From the IMG/VR virus record IMGVR_UViG_3300027974_001530: 64,000 bases of DNA; one strand, written 5' to 3'. Shown piece by piece: positions 34,651-44,400 of this stretch. Position 1 is the stretch's first letter, and every line of letters begins with the position of its first letter. Both the position numbers and the translations under genes were made by a program. The DNA is from a virus (Duplodnaviria; Caudoviricetes). The notes below the pieces were generated by a model. That model saw nothing but the letters and a program-made list of their open reading frames with translations. It did no database searches and was not told the DNA's origin.

Positions 34651-35297
34651 AATATATCTTTTAAGTTTGATCCTTTCATAAAAAATGCGTTCATCGCATT
34701 ATTGTTAGGTTCTTTGTTTATTTTTTCTAACTCTTCTATTTTTTTATTTTTTTCTGAAATCTCTTTTCTTAATTTCTGTAGTGTCTCTTGAAGTAACTTT
34801 ACTTGGTCGTCATCTTTTTTAATGTCTAAATTACGTCTAAGTTCGTCTAACTCTTTATCCTTTTTAGACATCTCATAATGGAAAATATTTTCTATTTCTT
34901 CCGTCTTAGTGGAAAATATTTGTCTTTCTTTATCTAATTCTTCATCCTTTTTAGACATTTCTTCTTCCAACTGTTGTATTTTTAACAACAGTTCATTTTC
35001 ACCTGTTTTGTCACTAATGTATTCTATTTTTGTGACAATTTTCTCAACTTCTTTAATAACTTCAACAGGTACTTCCACCCGTATTTCACGGATTACCTCA
35101 ATTTCTACCTGTTTTTCACCAACAATACCCGTTTTTAAGTCTTTTTCACCTTCATTAAGTGTTTTACCCAAAAGCCCATAAACTTCAACATCTAACCCTT
35201 TTTTTATTGTTTTAATAATAAAACCGTTTACGTCGGTTATATCATTTAATCTACAATAATTCCAAACTTTGTCTTTTAAGTCTTTTGGTAATTCCAT
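34647..35297 (-). CDS. Coiled-coil protein
   Basis: EVPVEVIKEVEKIV repeat and a long heptad region. Confidence 0.75.
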   Translation of the reverse strand: MELPKDLKDKVWNYCRLNDITDVNGFIIKTIKKGLDVEVYGLLGKTLNEGEKDLKTGIVGEKQVEIEVIREIRVEVPVEVIKEVEKIVTKIEYISDKTGENELLLKIQQLEEEMSKKDEELDKERQIFSTKTEEIENIFHYEMSKKDKELDELRRNLDIKKDDDQVKLLQETLQKLRKEISEKNKKIEELEKINKEPNNNAMNAFFMKGSNLKDIL

Positions 35298-35300
35298 TAA

Positions 35301-36080
35301 TTAAAAATTTTGTATTTTTTCCGTTCCTTTTTCAATATCTTCAAATGACTTCATTGAGAATTTTAAAAAAGGTTTTGGGTTAAATAAGTCTCTATAAGTA
35401 TAGTCGTTTGTTTCAACATTATAAACACCATAACCATGTCTACCGATACTTTCACCAATATTGTTTTGTATTGTTGATCCAATCATATAACCTTTACCTG
35501 TCTTAAACTTAAATTCCGCTCTTTTGTGAATATCTCCACATAAAACAACATCAAGTCCATCAAACTTTTCAACATCATACGCCTCTTCCCCAAATTCGAA
35601 ACCTAAATCAGTTTTAAGTCCTGATATTGGTCCATGGAATAATCCAACCTTAATTCCAGTTGCAACATTTAAATCAGGTGGTATGTTTCCTTGATATTGA
35701 GAATAGACACACCAACTTATATTTTCATCCTCATACACACCCCTATCTCTGTAATAAAATATATTTGGGTTGTTTAGTGAATTAATTACGGGTGAAAGTG
35801 CGTCTAATCTTTCTGTATTATTAACTAAGAAATCGTGATTACCTGGTATTATAATTGTTGGTGCAATGTATGAACATTCTTTTAATATCCAAGAAACCAT
35901 TTCAATAAGCTCAGGTGTCATTTGATTTTTAGAGTGTACTAAATCTCCCGTAAATACAATTCTATCAGGTTCAAGTTCTCTCCATTGATTAATAGCCTCT
36001 TCTAAAATTGATTTATATAAGTCGTGATCTTTAAATAATCTTATATGTAAATCAGAAAAATGTATAATAGTTTTTATCAT
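35301..36080 (-). CDS. sbcD: SbcD/Mre11/T4 gp47-like nuclease (start revised to MIKTII)
   Basis: SDLH, TGDLVH, PGNHD, FHGP, CGDIH and GSTIQ motifs. Confidence 0.9.
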   Translation of the reverse strand: MIKTIIHFSDLHIRLFKDHDLYKSILEEAINQWRELEPDRIVFTGDLVHSKNQMTPELIEMVSWILKECSYIAPTIIIPGNHDFLVNNTERLDALSPVINSLNNPNIFYYRDRGVYEDENISWCVYSQYQGNIPPDLNVATGIKVGLFHGPISGLKTDLGFEFGEEAYDVEKFDGLDVVLCGDIHKRAEFKFKTGKGYMIGSTIQNNIGESIGRHGYGVYNVETNDYTYRDLFNPKPFLKFSMKSFEDIEKGTEKIQNF

Positions 36081-36086
36081 ACACAA

Positions 36087-36115
36087 AATATAAACTATTT
36101 TAAATTAATTGTCAA
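36087..36115 (-). promoter_or_regulatory. Class II promoter TTGACA-17-TATATT
   Basis: Exact 17-nt spacing, 6 nt upstream of the sbcD ATG. Confidence 0.6.
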
Positions 36116-36120
36116 TCAAC

Positions 36121-36149
36121 AAAAAACCCACCTTTTTGGGGTGGGTTTA
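36121..36149. terminator. Intrinsic terminator
   Basis: AAACCCACC/GGTGGGTTT inverted repeat. Confidence 0.8.
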
Positions 36150-36168
36150 ATAATTCTTTTACTAAAAA

Positions 36169-36525
36169 TTAAAATCCTTCATAAAGTCTTAAAATATTTG
36201 TTCCGTCCCCTTCTTCAATATAAAAAGATTCTTCTTCTGTTACACATGTATCTTCACAAACACATCCTTTTACATCATAACTTCCTGCCTTATCTTCGGG
36301 AGTTTTAGTGAATTTATATAATTTTTTTCCATTTTCTTCACCTGAAGGAGTTAAAAATGATATTGACTCGGAAGATAAAGTATTTAAATTACCATCACAA
36401 GATTGCCATTTTATGTCTGTAGGTAGAGTATTTTCAAATAAATAAAATTTAGATGTTGCCTTTTTATGCATTTCAAGAATTCTATTTTTTTCATTGTTTG
36501 TTAAACTTGATAGTATGTTTTTCAT
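36169..36525 (-). CDS. Hypothetical protein, putatively head-associated
   Basis: NEKNRILEMH...YLFE leader; TATTTAT at 36547-36541. Confidence 0.7.
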   Translation of the reverse strand: MKNILSSLTNNEKNRILEMHKKATSKFYLFENTLPTDIKWQSCDGNLNTLSSESISFLTPSGEENGKKLYKFTKTPEDKAGSYDVKGCVCEDTCVTEEESFYIEEGDGTNILRLYEGF

Positions 36526-36569
36526 AATTTTAATTTACTAATAAATACCTTAATACTTTAAAAAATTAA

Positions 36570-36809
36570 TCACATAATAATTTTTGGTGGTGAACCTAAA
36601 TCATCATAACCATCTTCTTTAAAAGGGTTATGTGGTATTGGTATTTGAATTGGAGAGACCATTGTTCTTGGGTTAGGAAAAAATGGATCGTTATTATTAA
36701 CTTTTTTCATTTTTTCTTTAATACTTTCAATATCAACCTCTTTAATTGTCGTCCAATCTCTGTTGGTCATAAAACCATCTAACCAAACGTAAAATTCTTT
36801 GTGTGTCAT
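36570..36809 (-). CDS. Hypothetical protein
   Basis: 79-aa ORF, EFYVWLDGF. Confidence 0.75.
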   Translation of the reverse strand: MTHKEFYVWLDGFMTNRDWTTIKEVDIESIKEKMKKVNNNDPFFPNPRTMVSPIQIPIPHNPFKEDGYDDLGSPPKIIM

Positions 36810-36952
36810 ACCAATTCTCTATTATAAAGGTTTACTAATATAAGTCTAGCAAATCTAAATTCCCTAACTCTATTTAAGTTTAATCCATAAGACAAATCCA
36901 CACTTTTAAGGTGTGGGTATGCCTCATTTATTGTCATTTTCCCTATTTCCAT
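36806..36952 (-). CDS. 48-aa hypothetical protein (not in the ORF track)
   Basis: MEIGKMTINEAYPHLKSV...NRELV*; overlaps both neighbours in coupled fashion. Confidence 0.65.
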   Translation of the reverse strand: MEIGKMTINEAYPHLKSVDLSYGLNLNRVREFRFARLILVNLYNRELV

Positions 36953-37164
36953 TATTCAAAAATTAAAAATTCTTCATTTACGAATCCACAACTATCACAC
37001 ATATAGGTTGGGAACGGTACAATGGTATCCTCTGGGGTTCCTGTCAATAACTTAGGTACTTTTTTTATCATCGTAACTTCTTTGAAGAATTTAGATTCAC
37101 ATTTTTCGCATTTAATTGTTTCTTGTTTTTTAAGATCAATTCTTGGTTTAATAATATCGTCCAT
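36952..37164 (-). CDS. Zn-ribbon protein
   Basis: CEKC...CDSCG. Confidence 0.8.
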   Translation of the reverse strand: MDDIIKPRIDLKKQETIKCEKCESKFFKEVTMIKKVPKLLTGTPEDTIVPFPTYMCDSCGFVNEEFLIFE

Positions 37165-37253
37165 TATTTTATAATATAATTTATGTTTATTTTAAATTTT
37201 GGGTAGTCCCAACTAGTGTTGGTATACCAAATAGGTGTGATTGTACTTTCCAT
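37164..37253 (-). CDS. 29-aa microprotein (not in the ORF track)
   Basis: MESTITPIWYTNTSWDYPKFKININYIIK*, TAATG-coupled to the next gene, with TTGAAA-16-TATATT upstream. Confidence 0.5.
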   Translation of the reverse strand: MESTITPIWYTNTSWDYPKFKININYIIK

Positions 37254-37275
37254 GGTAAAAATATAGTTTTTTATT

Positions 37276-38130
37276 TTATTTTTTCAAGTATTTGGTCATA
37301 TCCATTTCAAGGATTGTTTTAATTGTTTTTCTTGAGACTCTGTACTCAACGTACTCTCTTTCGTCCGTTAATCTTACGACTATACAACCCATTAATTGTA
37401 TGTCTTCATACTTAGACCCTTCTAACATTTTTAAAAGTAGTTTACCGTAGAATGGTAACTGAGTATTATAATGTCCGAGAGCGTTATTTGGTAAGTCCTC
37501 AAATGGTTTTCTCATTGGTTTTGTGTATTTGTTGGTAACAAAGTTTTTTTCCTTATTTGTTTTCCAATCTGTTATTAAAATACCAAGTTTACCATTAACC
37601 CCAATAACCAACCAAACCTTATCAGGTTGTCCCGTATATCCTAATTCAGGATGTCCCAAAACAATTTCAGTGTCCAATAAAATACAACCTCTTTCTTTGA
37701 TTAAATCAATGTATCGTTTACCGGCAACTATCATCGAGTCTCCTTTGACTATCTGTTCGGCATCACACTCAAATATTGGTTGTCTTATTTCTTTTTCAAT
37801 ACCAAATTCTTTTAATGTATGAGTTTCAAGTATGTAGTGAACACGAGATCCCATATTTGTTGAGTATGTTCCGGCGTCTGACCATTCTTTTAATAAACGT
37901 TCTTTTTCGTCAGGATTACCACCTGATTTATATTCCGCAATTCCTTCTGAATCAAATTCCTCATAAAACAATTTCATTAATTTTGAAACTGAGGGAAATT
38001 TAGAAGTTAGATTACCCTCAAGGTCAATCATTGTGTACTTGTGAGATTCTTCCTCAAAAGTTAATTGTAATTCTTTTTGTTTTTCTGAAATAATTTGTCT
38101 TATTTCTTCTGCTATTAATAATAAATCCAT
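37276..38130 (-). CDS. PD-(D/E)XK (RecB/Cas4-like) exonuclease
   Basis: GSRVH, ETEIV-like segment, GQPDK, ITDWKT and YNTQL..Y motifs. Confidence 0.85.
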   Translation of the reverse strand: MDLLLIAEEIRQIISEKQKELQLTFEEESHKYTMIDLEGNLTSKFPSVSKLMKLFYEEFDSEGIAEYKSGGNPDEKERLLKEWSDAGTYSTNMGSRVHYILETHTLKEFGIEKEIRQPIFECDAEQIVKGDSMIVAGKRYIDLIKERGCILLDTEIVLGHPELGYTGQPDKVWLVIGVNGKLGILITDWKTNKEKNFVTNKYTKPMRKPFEDLPNNALGHYNTQLPFYGKLLLKMLEGSKYEDIQLMGCIVVRLTDEREYVEYRVSRKTIKTILEMDMTKYLKK

Positions 38131-39029
38131 TAATCTCTTATTTCTATAAAGTATTCATTTATATTACCTCTCAAATCACATACGTCTTGATCTTTAGGTA
38201 ATTTTACTATTTTTATTTTTTCATATAATTCTCCACCATTTAATTCGTGGTAAAGTTTAATTGCATTATTCCATGCGTCCCCATCCAACGCAATTATCAC
38301 ATTTCCTTTTGCGTTATTATAAACTTTATCAAATAACATTTCTGACATATGTTTACCCAACATTGGTATTGAGTTCTCTAAGAAAAATCCATCGAATACT
38401 CCCTCAACCAAATAAATGTCTTTTTTCCAATCTATTAGTTTTTCATTAAAGATTATTTTGTCTTTCTCAGCTTCTGGGTTTTTATATTTAAATTTAGTAT
38501 GTGGGTCCCAACTACGGGCAACATAATAATTTAATTCTCCTTTTTTATCGTACGATGGAACAACTATTCTACCAACATGACTTCCCTTATCACAAAAACC
38601 AATACCATATTTTTCAATAATATCATCTGTTATTCCACGACTTTGTAAATAATTATAAGCCTGTCTTCTAACAGGATAAATTTTATGAGAGTCTTTAAAT
38701 AACGTAAAACTTTCAGGTAACTTTAATTTTTTGTATTTTTTTTCTTTTACGGGTACGGTTTCTGGTTTTAAAATATAATATAACTTTTTTTGTTTTTTAT
38801 TACCAAATTTGTCAAATAACTTACCCAAAGATCCGTGAGTATTCTCAATATCACCACAAGACCAACACTTATAAACATTACTTATGTAATTTATTTCCAA
38901 ATTATGTTTATTTCTACCTTCATCGCAAACGGGACAATTGAAGGATATTTGACCTCTGTTGTCATAATGCAACCCGTGGTCTCCCAAAATTTCTTCTAAT
39001 AATTCAACTAAAGCCTCATTTTCTTCCAT
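38130..39029 (-). CDS. dnaG: DNA primase (zinc finger plus TOPRIM)
   Basis: CPVCD...CWSC, YLVEGVFD and ALDGD motifs. Confidence 0.9.
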   Translation of the reverse strand: MEENEALVELLEEILGDHGLHYDNRGQISFNCPVCDEGRNKHNLEINYISNVYKCWSCGDIENTHGSLGKLFDKFGNKKQKKLYYILKPETVPVKEKKYKKLKLPESFTLFKDSHKIYPVRRQAYNYLQSRGITDDIIEKYGIGFCDKGSHVGRIVVPSYDKKGELNYYVARSWDPHTKFKYKNPEAEKDKIIFNEKLIDWKKDIYLVEGVFDGFFLENSIPMLGKHMSEMLFDKVYNNAKGNVIIALDGDAWNNAIKLYHELNGGELYEKIKIVKLPKDQDVCDLRGNINEYFIEIRD

Positions 39030-39036
39030 TACCTAA

Positions 39037-39065
39037 AATATAGTCCAAATAATTAAGTTAATCAA
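39037..39065 (-). promoter_or_regulatory. Class II promoter TTGATT-17-TATATT
   Basis: Upstream of the primase start. Confidence 0.55.
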
Positions 39066-39113
39066 CTTCACAAGTTTTTTCAATTTTCTATATTTATTAT
39101 AGATAATATATTT

Positions 39114-39329
39114 ATGCCAACAAACGTAACAATAACAAATTTAACAGGATCTTCACCTTATAACGTGTGGGTTTGTGATACAACTTTAACAACCTGTATA
39201 TATGTTAGTACATTTAGTACGGTACCTTACACATTTGAGGTTCCTTACGTATACTCTTCTTTAACAGATTTTATTGTAAAAATTGTTGACAATAATAATT
39301 GTATAAAAACTAATACCATTACCGTATAA
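39114..39329 (+). CDS. Small Cys-containing beta-domain structural protein
   Basis: PYNVWVCD...C...VKIVDNNNC; TATTTAT at 39091-39097. Confidence 0.75.
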   Translation: MPTNVTITNLTGSSPYNVWVCDTTLTTCIYVSTFSTVPYTFEVPYVYSSLTDFIVKIVDNNNCIKTNTITV

Positions 39330-39330
39330 T

Positions 39331-40953
39331 ATGACTTGTGTTTTACTTGGAACGTTTTCCTACTCATCAACTAGTCCTGAATTACTTTGTGACGAAATTA
39401 AAACTATATCAATTTATGGTGATGATTTAAACTTGGGATCCTTAATCTATTCAGATTCCTTATGTACAGTGTTGGTAAATAATGGATTTTATTCTGACGG
39501 GATTAATACATATACAGTTGGTGAAACAAGTGACAGGGGAACCATAGAAACCATAGAACCTTGTGCCGAATGTAATACAGAATACTGTATCTCAGGTACA
39601 GACACGTATGACGATAACTATACGTTTAATGGATCTTATAACGGTTTCCCATATTATACAGGACAAAGTGGGAGTTATTTGATTTACTATTCGACAGGCG
39701 AGACTTGTTGGTGCGTTTCTTCCGTATTAGATGGCCCTTGTGAACTTTTTGGTAAATCGCCTTGTCTTAGTAATTGTCCTGATTTATGTGAAACATTTTT
39801 TACTGAAGGATATTGTGTTGTAAGTACAACAACAACATATAATAGTTGTGACATAATTGATTTTGAGGCATTATTTAATTGTGATGTCACTCCAACTCCA
39901 ACTGTTACTCCAACATCAACACCAACACCAACCCCTACAGTAACTCCAACACCATCTAATGTGTGTAATAGTTTAAATTTTGTCGCAACAGGTATAACAT
40001 ATACCCCAACACCCACACCAACACCTAGCGACACACCAAGTCCAACTCCAACACCAACAATAGATTGTTTGGTTTCAGGTTTAGTTACATTTAATATTAT
40101 TGATGATTACATAAGATGTTCAAATAGTAAGAAATTTAGAGATTGTTTTACAGGAACTGAATATTTTAGTGCCGATCTAATTCTTATAAATGGTGAAATC
40201 CCTATACAAGGTTATGTTTATAAAACAATAATTAATGATGAATCTATTTGTGCAACTTTCTTAGGTTTAGTGGATAACATAAGTGGTGTTGATAAAATAG
40301 AATTAGTGTCAGAACTTGGTCCTGAAAATGAAGGTAAGTGTTTGGATTGTATTCCGAGTCCTTCAAATACCCCAACACCTACACCGACATCAACCCCAAC
40401 ACCTACACCGACAACTCCGGTTGGTTGTATTGAGTGTTCATCAATAACTAACTTACCTCAAGTCGGTAATTCAATTACGGTTAATGGTATAACAATTACA
40501 GGTAATGGAACAGGTACCATAGAAGAAGGAATACTTGGTGGTTTCTTGGGTTGGTGTCTTACGGGTCCTTTAATACAAAACGGGTTTTTATATTTAGGTA
40601 ATGGTGTTTTACCTGTGAATTACCCATTCTCATATACTTTAACATTTAGTCAACCCGTAAATAATATAAGTTTAAGAATAAATGGTTATAATTATTTAAG
40701 TCCAACAAATTATGAAACCTTTGCGTTTACGACAAATTCAGGTAACCCATCTATTTCAAGTTGTAGTTATTGTTGCGCTAAAATTAATAGTAATAACATA
40801 GAGGCATCTCCTTGTCCTCAAACATCCCCTCAAGGTAATATTGGTTCAGGTATATTCACCTTTACAACTTTGACACCATACACAACTCTTACAATAACAG
40901 GTAATGGAGCTGCAAATTGTGGAGGTACTGTTTTTGATTTATGTGATTTTTAA
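39331..40953 (+). CDS. Cys-rich, Pro-Thr-repeat structural (fibre-like) protein
   Basis: Three (TP)n tracts separating Cys-rich domains. Confidence 0.75.
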   Translation: MTCVLLGTFSYSSTSPELLCDEIKTISIYGDDLNLGSLIYSDSLCTVLVNNGFYSDGINTYTVGETSDRGTIETIEPCAECNTEYCISGTDTYDDNYTFNGSYNGFPYYTGQSGSYLIYYSTGETCWCVSSVLDGPCELFGKSPCLSNCPDLCETFFTEGYCVVSTTTTYNSCDIIDFEALFNCDVTPTPTVTPTSTPTPTPTVTPTPSNVCNSLNFVATGITYTPTPTPTPSDTPSPTPTPTIDCLVSGLVTFNIIDDYIRCSNSKKFRDCFTGTEYFSADLILINGEIPIQGYVYKTIINDESICATFLGLVDNISGVDKIELVSELGPENEGKCLDCIPSPSNTPTPTPTSTPTPTPTTPVGCIECSSITNLPQVGNSITVNGITITGNGTGTIEEGILGGFLGWCLTGPLIQNGFLYLGNGVLPVNYPFSYTLTFSQPVNNISLRINGYNYLSPTNYETFAFTTNSGNPSISSCSYCCAKINSNNIEASPCPQTSPQGNIGSGIFTFTTLTPYTTLTITGNGAANCGGTVFDLCDF

Positions 40954-40965
40954 CTTTTATGATAA

Positions 40966-40995
40966 AAAAAAATACCATCTAAAAAGATGATATTT
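40966..40995. terminator. Probable terminator between convergent genes
   Basis: AAATACCATCT/AGATGATATTT imperfect inverted repeat. Confidence 0.5.
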
Positions 40996-41020
40996 AAAAT
41001 TATTAGTATTTTAATAGATA

Positions 41021-41620
41021 TTATTTCCAAATTTCTTTTGATTTCATATATCCAAGAACACAAGCATATGCGTCAGTTTGATCAAAGTTTTCTTTTTTAA
41101 GGGTATTGTTTCTTGTGTATAGCCATTTTATTTGTGGTTCTCTTTTTGCAACTTTTTCCCATATCAACATCTTCTTATCAACGTCTTTTGGTAATCCTCC
41201 AAATAAAACATATTTACCTTTATCATTTTCTTTAACCAACTCAGGAAAAGCAAATTTCCTTGAATTGTATGTTGATATAAATTCGGGTACTATATTTAGA
41301 GTTTCATATATTTCTTTAAATATAAAACTGTTAAATCTTAATAAAGTTTGTACTGTATACACATTATTAGAGTTCATTAACGGTTCTTCAATAATAACAC
41401 TAACAACCCCTAAATTTTTATATTGTATTAACTTTTCTCTAAAAATCTCACACTTAAGTAATAATTCTTTTAACTTTTCGTCCTCTTTCATTTTTGGTCT
41501 TGGCGACACATGTGTTAACTCCAACAATTGTTGTGATTGAATGTCAAATAACGCCCATCCTATTGTCTTAGTTGATATATCTAAACCAAGGACCTTTGGT
41601 GAATTTTTTATTTTTGCCAT
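41021..41620 (-). CDS. RuvC-like Holliday junction resolvase
   Basis: LGLDISTKTIGWA, IIEEP and D..DAYAC motifs. Confidence 0.8.
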   Translation of the reverse strand: MAKIKNSPKVLGLDISTKTIGWALFDIQSQQLLELTHVSPRPKMKEDEKLKELLLKCEIFREKLIQYKNLGVVSVIIEEPLMNSNNVYTVQTLLRFNSFIFKEIYETLNIVPEFISTYNSRKFAFPELVKENDKGKYVLFGGLPKDVDKKMLIWEKVAKREPQIKWLYTRNNTLKKENFDQTDAYACVLGYMKSKEIWK

Positions 41621-41666
41621 AAAGTGTTTTTATTATAAAATAAATTAAACTTTAAAAAATTAAAGT

Positions 41667-44372
41667 TTAAAAATCTATTTTAACTAAGTACTGTTGGATT
41701 CCCTGTCTTAAAACAGGTGATTGTAATTTAGACATAACTAATATATCTTTATCTTCATCTAACAATGCAATTTCGGTTATATAAGATTTTGTACCTTGTT
41801 TCCAAGTTGGGTTTGTTGTATTTTGGAACTCGGTAAAATTTAAATTAATTTTATATTTCATCTCATATATTGTTGCCATAATATCAGACTCAAAAGACCC
41901 ATAAAAATAGTATTCATCACCAAAATTTAAATCAGGTACATCATTACCAATTTTTGTTAAATTAATGTAATTACCTAAATCATAATATGGTGCTTTATCA
42001 TATTGATCTTTAGTTATAACAAATGTATTATTTGTTAATGTGTCTTGGGTTACTATACCTCCTAAATCACTCGTATAATCAATTACTCTCCAATTTGATG
42101 GGTCAGGTCTTTGACCTGTTACCACTTTTTGACAAATTATTTGGAAGTATTCCGCAAAATAACCTTTTGTGATGTCACAAGTTTGTGGACATATTGTTGT
42201 TGTGGTGGTGATTGGGTAATAAGTAGTGGTTGTACTTGTGATTGGATAATAAGTGGTACTTGTAGTTGTGATTGGATAATAAGTTGTAGTTGTTGTTGTT
42301 ATTGGATTTTCCCCCAAACAATTAAACTCTCTTCCAAATCTTACCGCCACGTTTTGTGAAACATTAGGACTACAATCATTATTATTACCGACTAATTTAA
42401 CATAGTAATTACAATGTAGTGAATTAGTACTACATGTTTTATTTGTAAATCTATAAGTTACATACATAGTTTCTCCATTACCTGTAAGAACCCCATCAGC
42501 ATTTAAAGATGCTTGTCCACAAGTGTTAGGGGTTATTAACGATAGTTGTGGTGCTGGTAATGTAAAGTTTCTATTTGACTTGTAAGACATTGCAGCAATT
42601 ACCTCTTCATCATCAATAATAATTAATTTACTATCAGGGAATACTTTACCAATTCTATTAGGTAGTCCATTTTTATTTTTATTGTTATCCCAAAGATGAT
42701 AATATCTAATTCCAGGATTATTCATATCATCATTTTTAGTTGTTTGTACATATCTCACTTGGAATAGTCCCTTACCTTCAAATTCTGGAGGATCTACCCA
42801 AAACGTTTGTCCAAAACAACAATCGGGATTTTTATGCCACATTAACCATGGTATATGTAGTCTAAAATTTCTTGCTTGACCTGTAGTATCATCAAGATTT
42901 GACGGATCATAAGGTTCTAACGCAAATTTTTCACCATAGAAGAAATCTATGGTTTGATTAGTGTAGTGTATAATTGCAATCGCTTTTTGTTCTTCAGGTT
43001 CAACATCAACAACTTCACCTAAAGAGTTATAATAGAATGTATCTGTTGTCTCAGCACTTAAAGTGTTATTAATAAAAAATGTCTGACCTGAATTTGAATT
43101 GTACCCAAAGTATTCTTTAGACCCGATATAATCTACAGATCCAAAATATTCATACCCTTCATATTTTGTTGGTACTAAACCAGCAGGATTTTCAGTCCAT
43201 GGAATGTTCATATTCCAAATTTTTACATCAAACTGATCGGTATCACATATTGATTCAAAATCAATAACTTGTTCACCCCAATGTGGGTTTGGTGTTAGAC
43301 TATCATATATAGATGTCATGTTTGGCGGATAAATTAAAGTTCTCGCATAACAATGACTAATAACGGTACCGCAAAAATCAGGTGTATTTCTATCTAATGT
43401 TATTATATCTTCACAAACATCAACAATTCTATATGTTAATATCTGATAACAAGAGTTCATAGAGACCACACAATTAGGTGGTGGTGGTGCCGGACACAAT
43501 CTACTAGGTGTAGGTGTCAAACATGGTGTTTTAGTTGGCGTAGGTGTAGGTGTTGGCGACTCACAAGGATTATAATTTTTAGTAACACTTGGTGTCGGTG
43601 TCGGTGTTGGTGTTTGAGATGATGTCGGTGTAGGTGTTAATGCCGGAACGTCTTGACAATCTCCCCATACCAAGAAATCTCCATCTTCTGTTGTTAAAAA
43701 TTCAGATAATTCTGTCATTAATATACATGTCTCTGAAATTGGCATTTGAGATGATGTGGGTGTTGGTGTGAGTGTTGGGGTTACGCTTGGGGTTGGTGTT
43801 GGTAAATTAATACAACTACAGTCATACTCTCCAAAACCATCATAATAAATTGTTATAATATCACCTATAGATGGTTTATTTAAATTCGTATAGTTACATC
43901 CAGAATATATTATTTGTACTTTATTTGACCCACTTAATGTGGACATATCTATAACATAATTAGAACTAACAACATACTGATCATTAGTTAATGCACTCCA
44001 AACTATTGTGTCGGCGGTGGTATTACCCGTAAAAAAACCTCTTAATGGGGCTCTATTATAAACAGGTTCAACAACAGAGTCCATATATGGTATACCATAT
44101 GTTGATCCACTAGATCCATCAACATAATAAGGATATTTAATACTTTGTCTATTTGATTCAGGTACTCCCGCAGAGTTTTGTGTATTGAACGCAGGTTCTA
44201 ACACAAATAAATTATTGTAATTATAATTTGATGGTAATTTATCGTACGACACTTCACTATCCCCTACTTGGAAATACGCAATCTTAAAACTACCCTGTGA
44301 TAATTTTTTTCTACCTGTGTCAGTAACTCTAGTGTTAACTAACCCTGATGTATTTTTAATTATATATGCCAT
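41667..44372 (-). CDS. Baseplate/tail-associated structural protein with PT and TTTYYPI repeats
   Basis: C-terminal YITEIALLDEDKDILVMSKLQSPV resembles a tail-collar/baseplate end; (TP)n tracts; TATTTAT at 44386-44380. Confidence 0.65.
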   Translation of the reverse strand: MAYIIKNTSGLVNTRVTDTGRKKLSQGSFKIAYFQVGDSEVSYDKLPSNYNYNNLFVLEPAFNTQNSAGVPESNRQSIKYPYYVDGSSGSTYGIPYMDSVVEPVYNRAPLRGFFTGNTTADTIVWSALTNDQYVVSSNYVIDMSTLSGSNKVQIIYSGCNYTNLNKPSIGDIITIYYDGFGEYDCSCINLPTPTPSVTPTLTPTPTSSQMPISETCILMTELSEFLTTEDGDFLVWGDCQDVPALTPTPTSSQTPTPTPTPSVTKNYNPCESPTPTPTPTKTPCLTPTPSRLCPAPPPPNCVVSMNSCYQILTYRIVDVCEDIITLDRNTPDFCGTVISHCYARTLIYPPNMTSIYDSLTPNPHWGEQVIDFESICDTDQFDVKIWNMNIPWTENPAGLVPTKYEGYEYFGSVDYIGSKEYFGYNSNSGQTFFINNTLSAETTDTFYYNSLGEVVDVEPEEQKAIAIIHYTNQTIDFFYGEKFALEPYDPSNLDDTTGQARNFRLHIPWLMWHKNPDCCFGQTFWVDPPEFEGKGLFQVRYVQTTKNDDMNNPGIRYYHLWDNNKNKNGLPNRIGKVFPDSKLIIIDDEEVIAAMSYKSNRNFTLPAPQLSLITPNTCGQASLNADGVLTGNGETMYVTYRFTNKTCSTNSLHCNYYVKLVGNNNDCSPNVSQNVAVRFGREFNCLGENPITTTTTTYYPITTTSTTYYPITSTTTTYYPITTTTTICPQTCDITKGYFAEYFQIICQKVVTGQRPDPSNWRVIDYTSDLGGIVTQDTLTNNTFVITKDQYDKAPYYDLGNYINLTKIGNDVPDLNFGDEYYFYGSFESDIMATIYEMKYKINLNFTEFQNTTNPTWKQGTKSYITEIALLDEDKDILVMSKLQSPVLRQGIQQYLVKIDF

Positions 44373-44400
44373 TTAAATTATAAATATTAAATAACTTTTT

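Noticed and set aside
37276-38130. Cas4 as part of a CRISPR system
   Set aside because: No cas neighbours or array and no clear Fe-S Cys cluster; the primase context fits a stand-alone phage exonuclease.
39030-41020. Invertible (shufflon-like) segment explaining the plus-strand fibre cassette
   Set aside because: No flanking inverted repeats and no recombinase/invertase gene seen.
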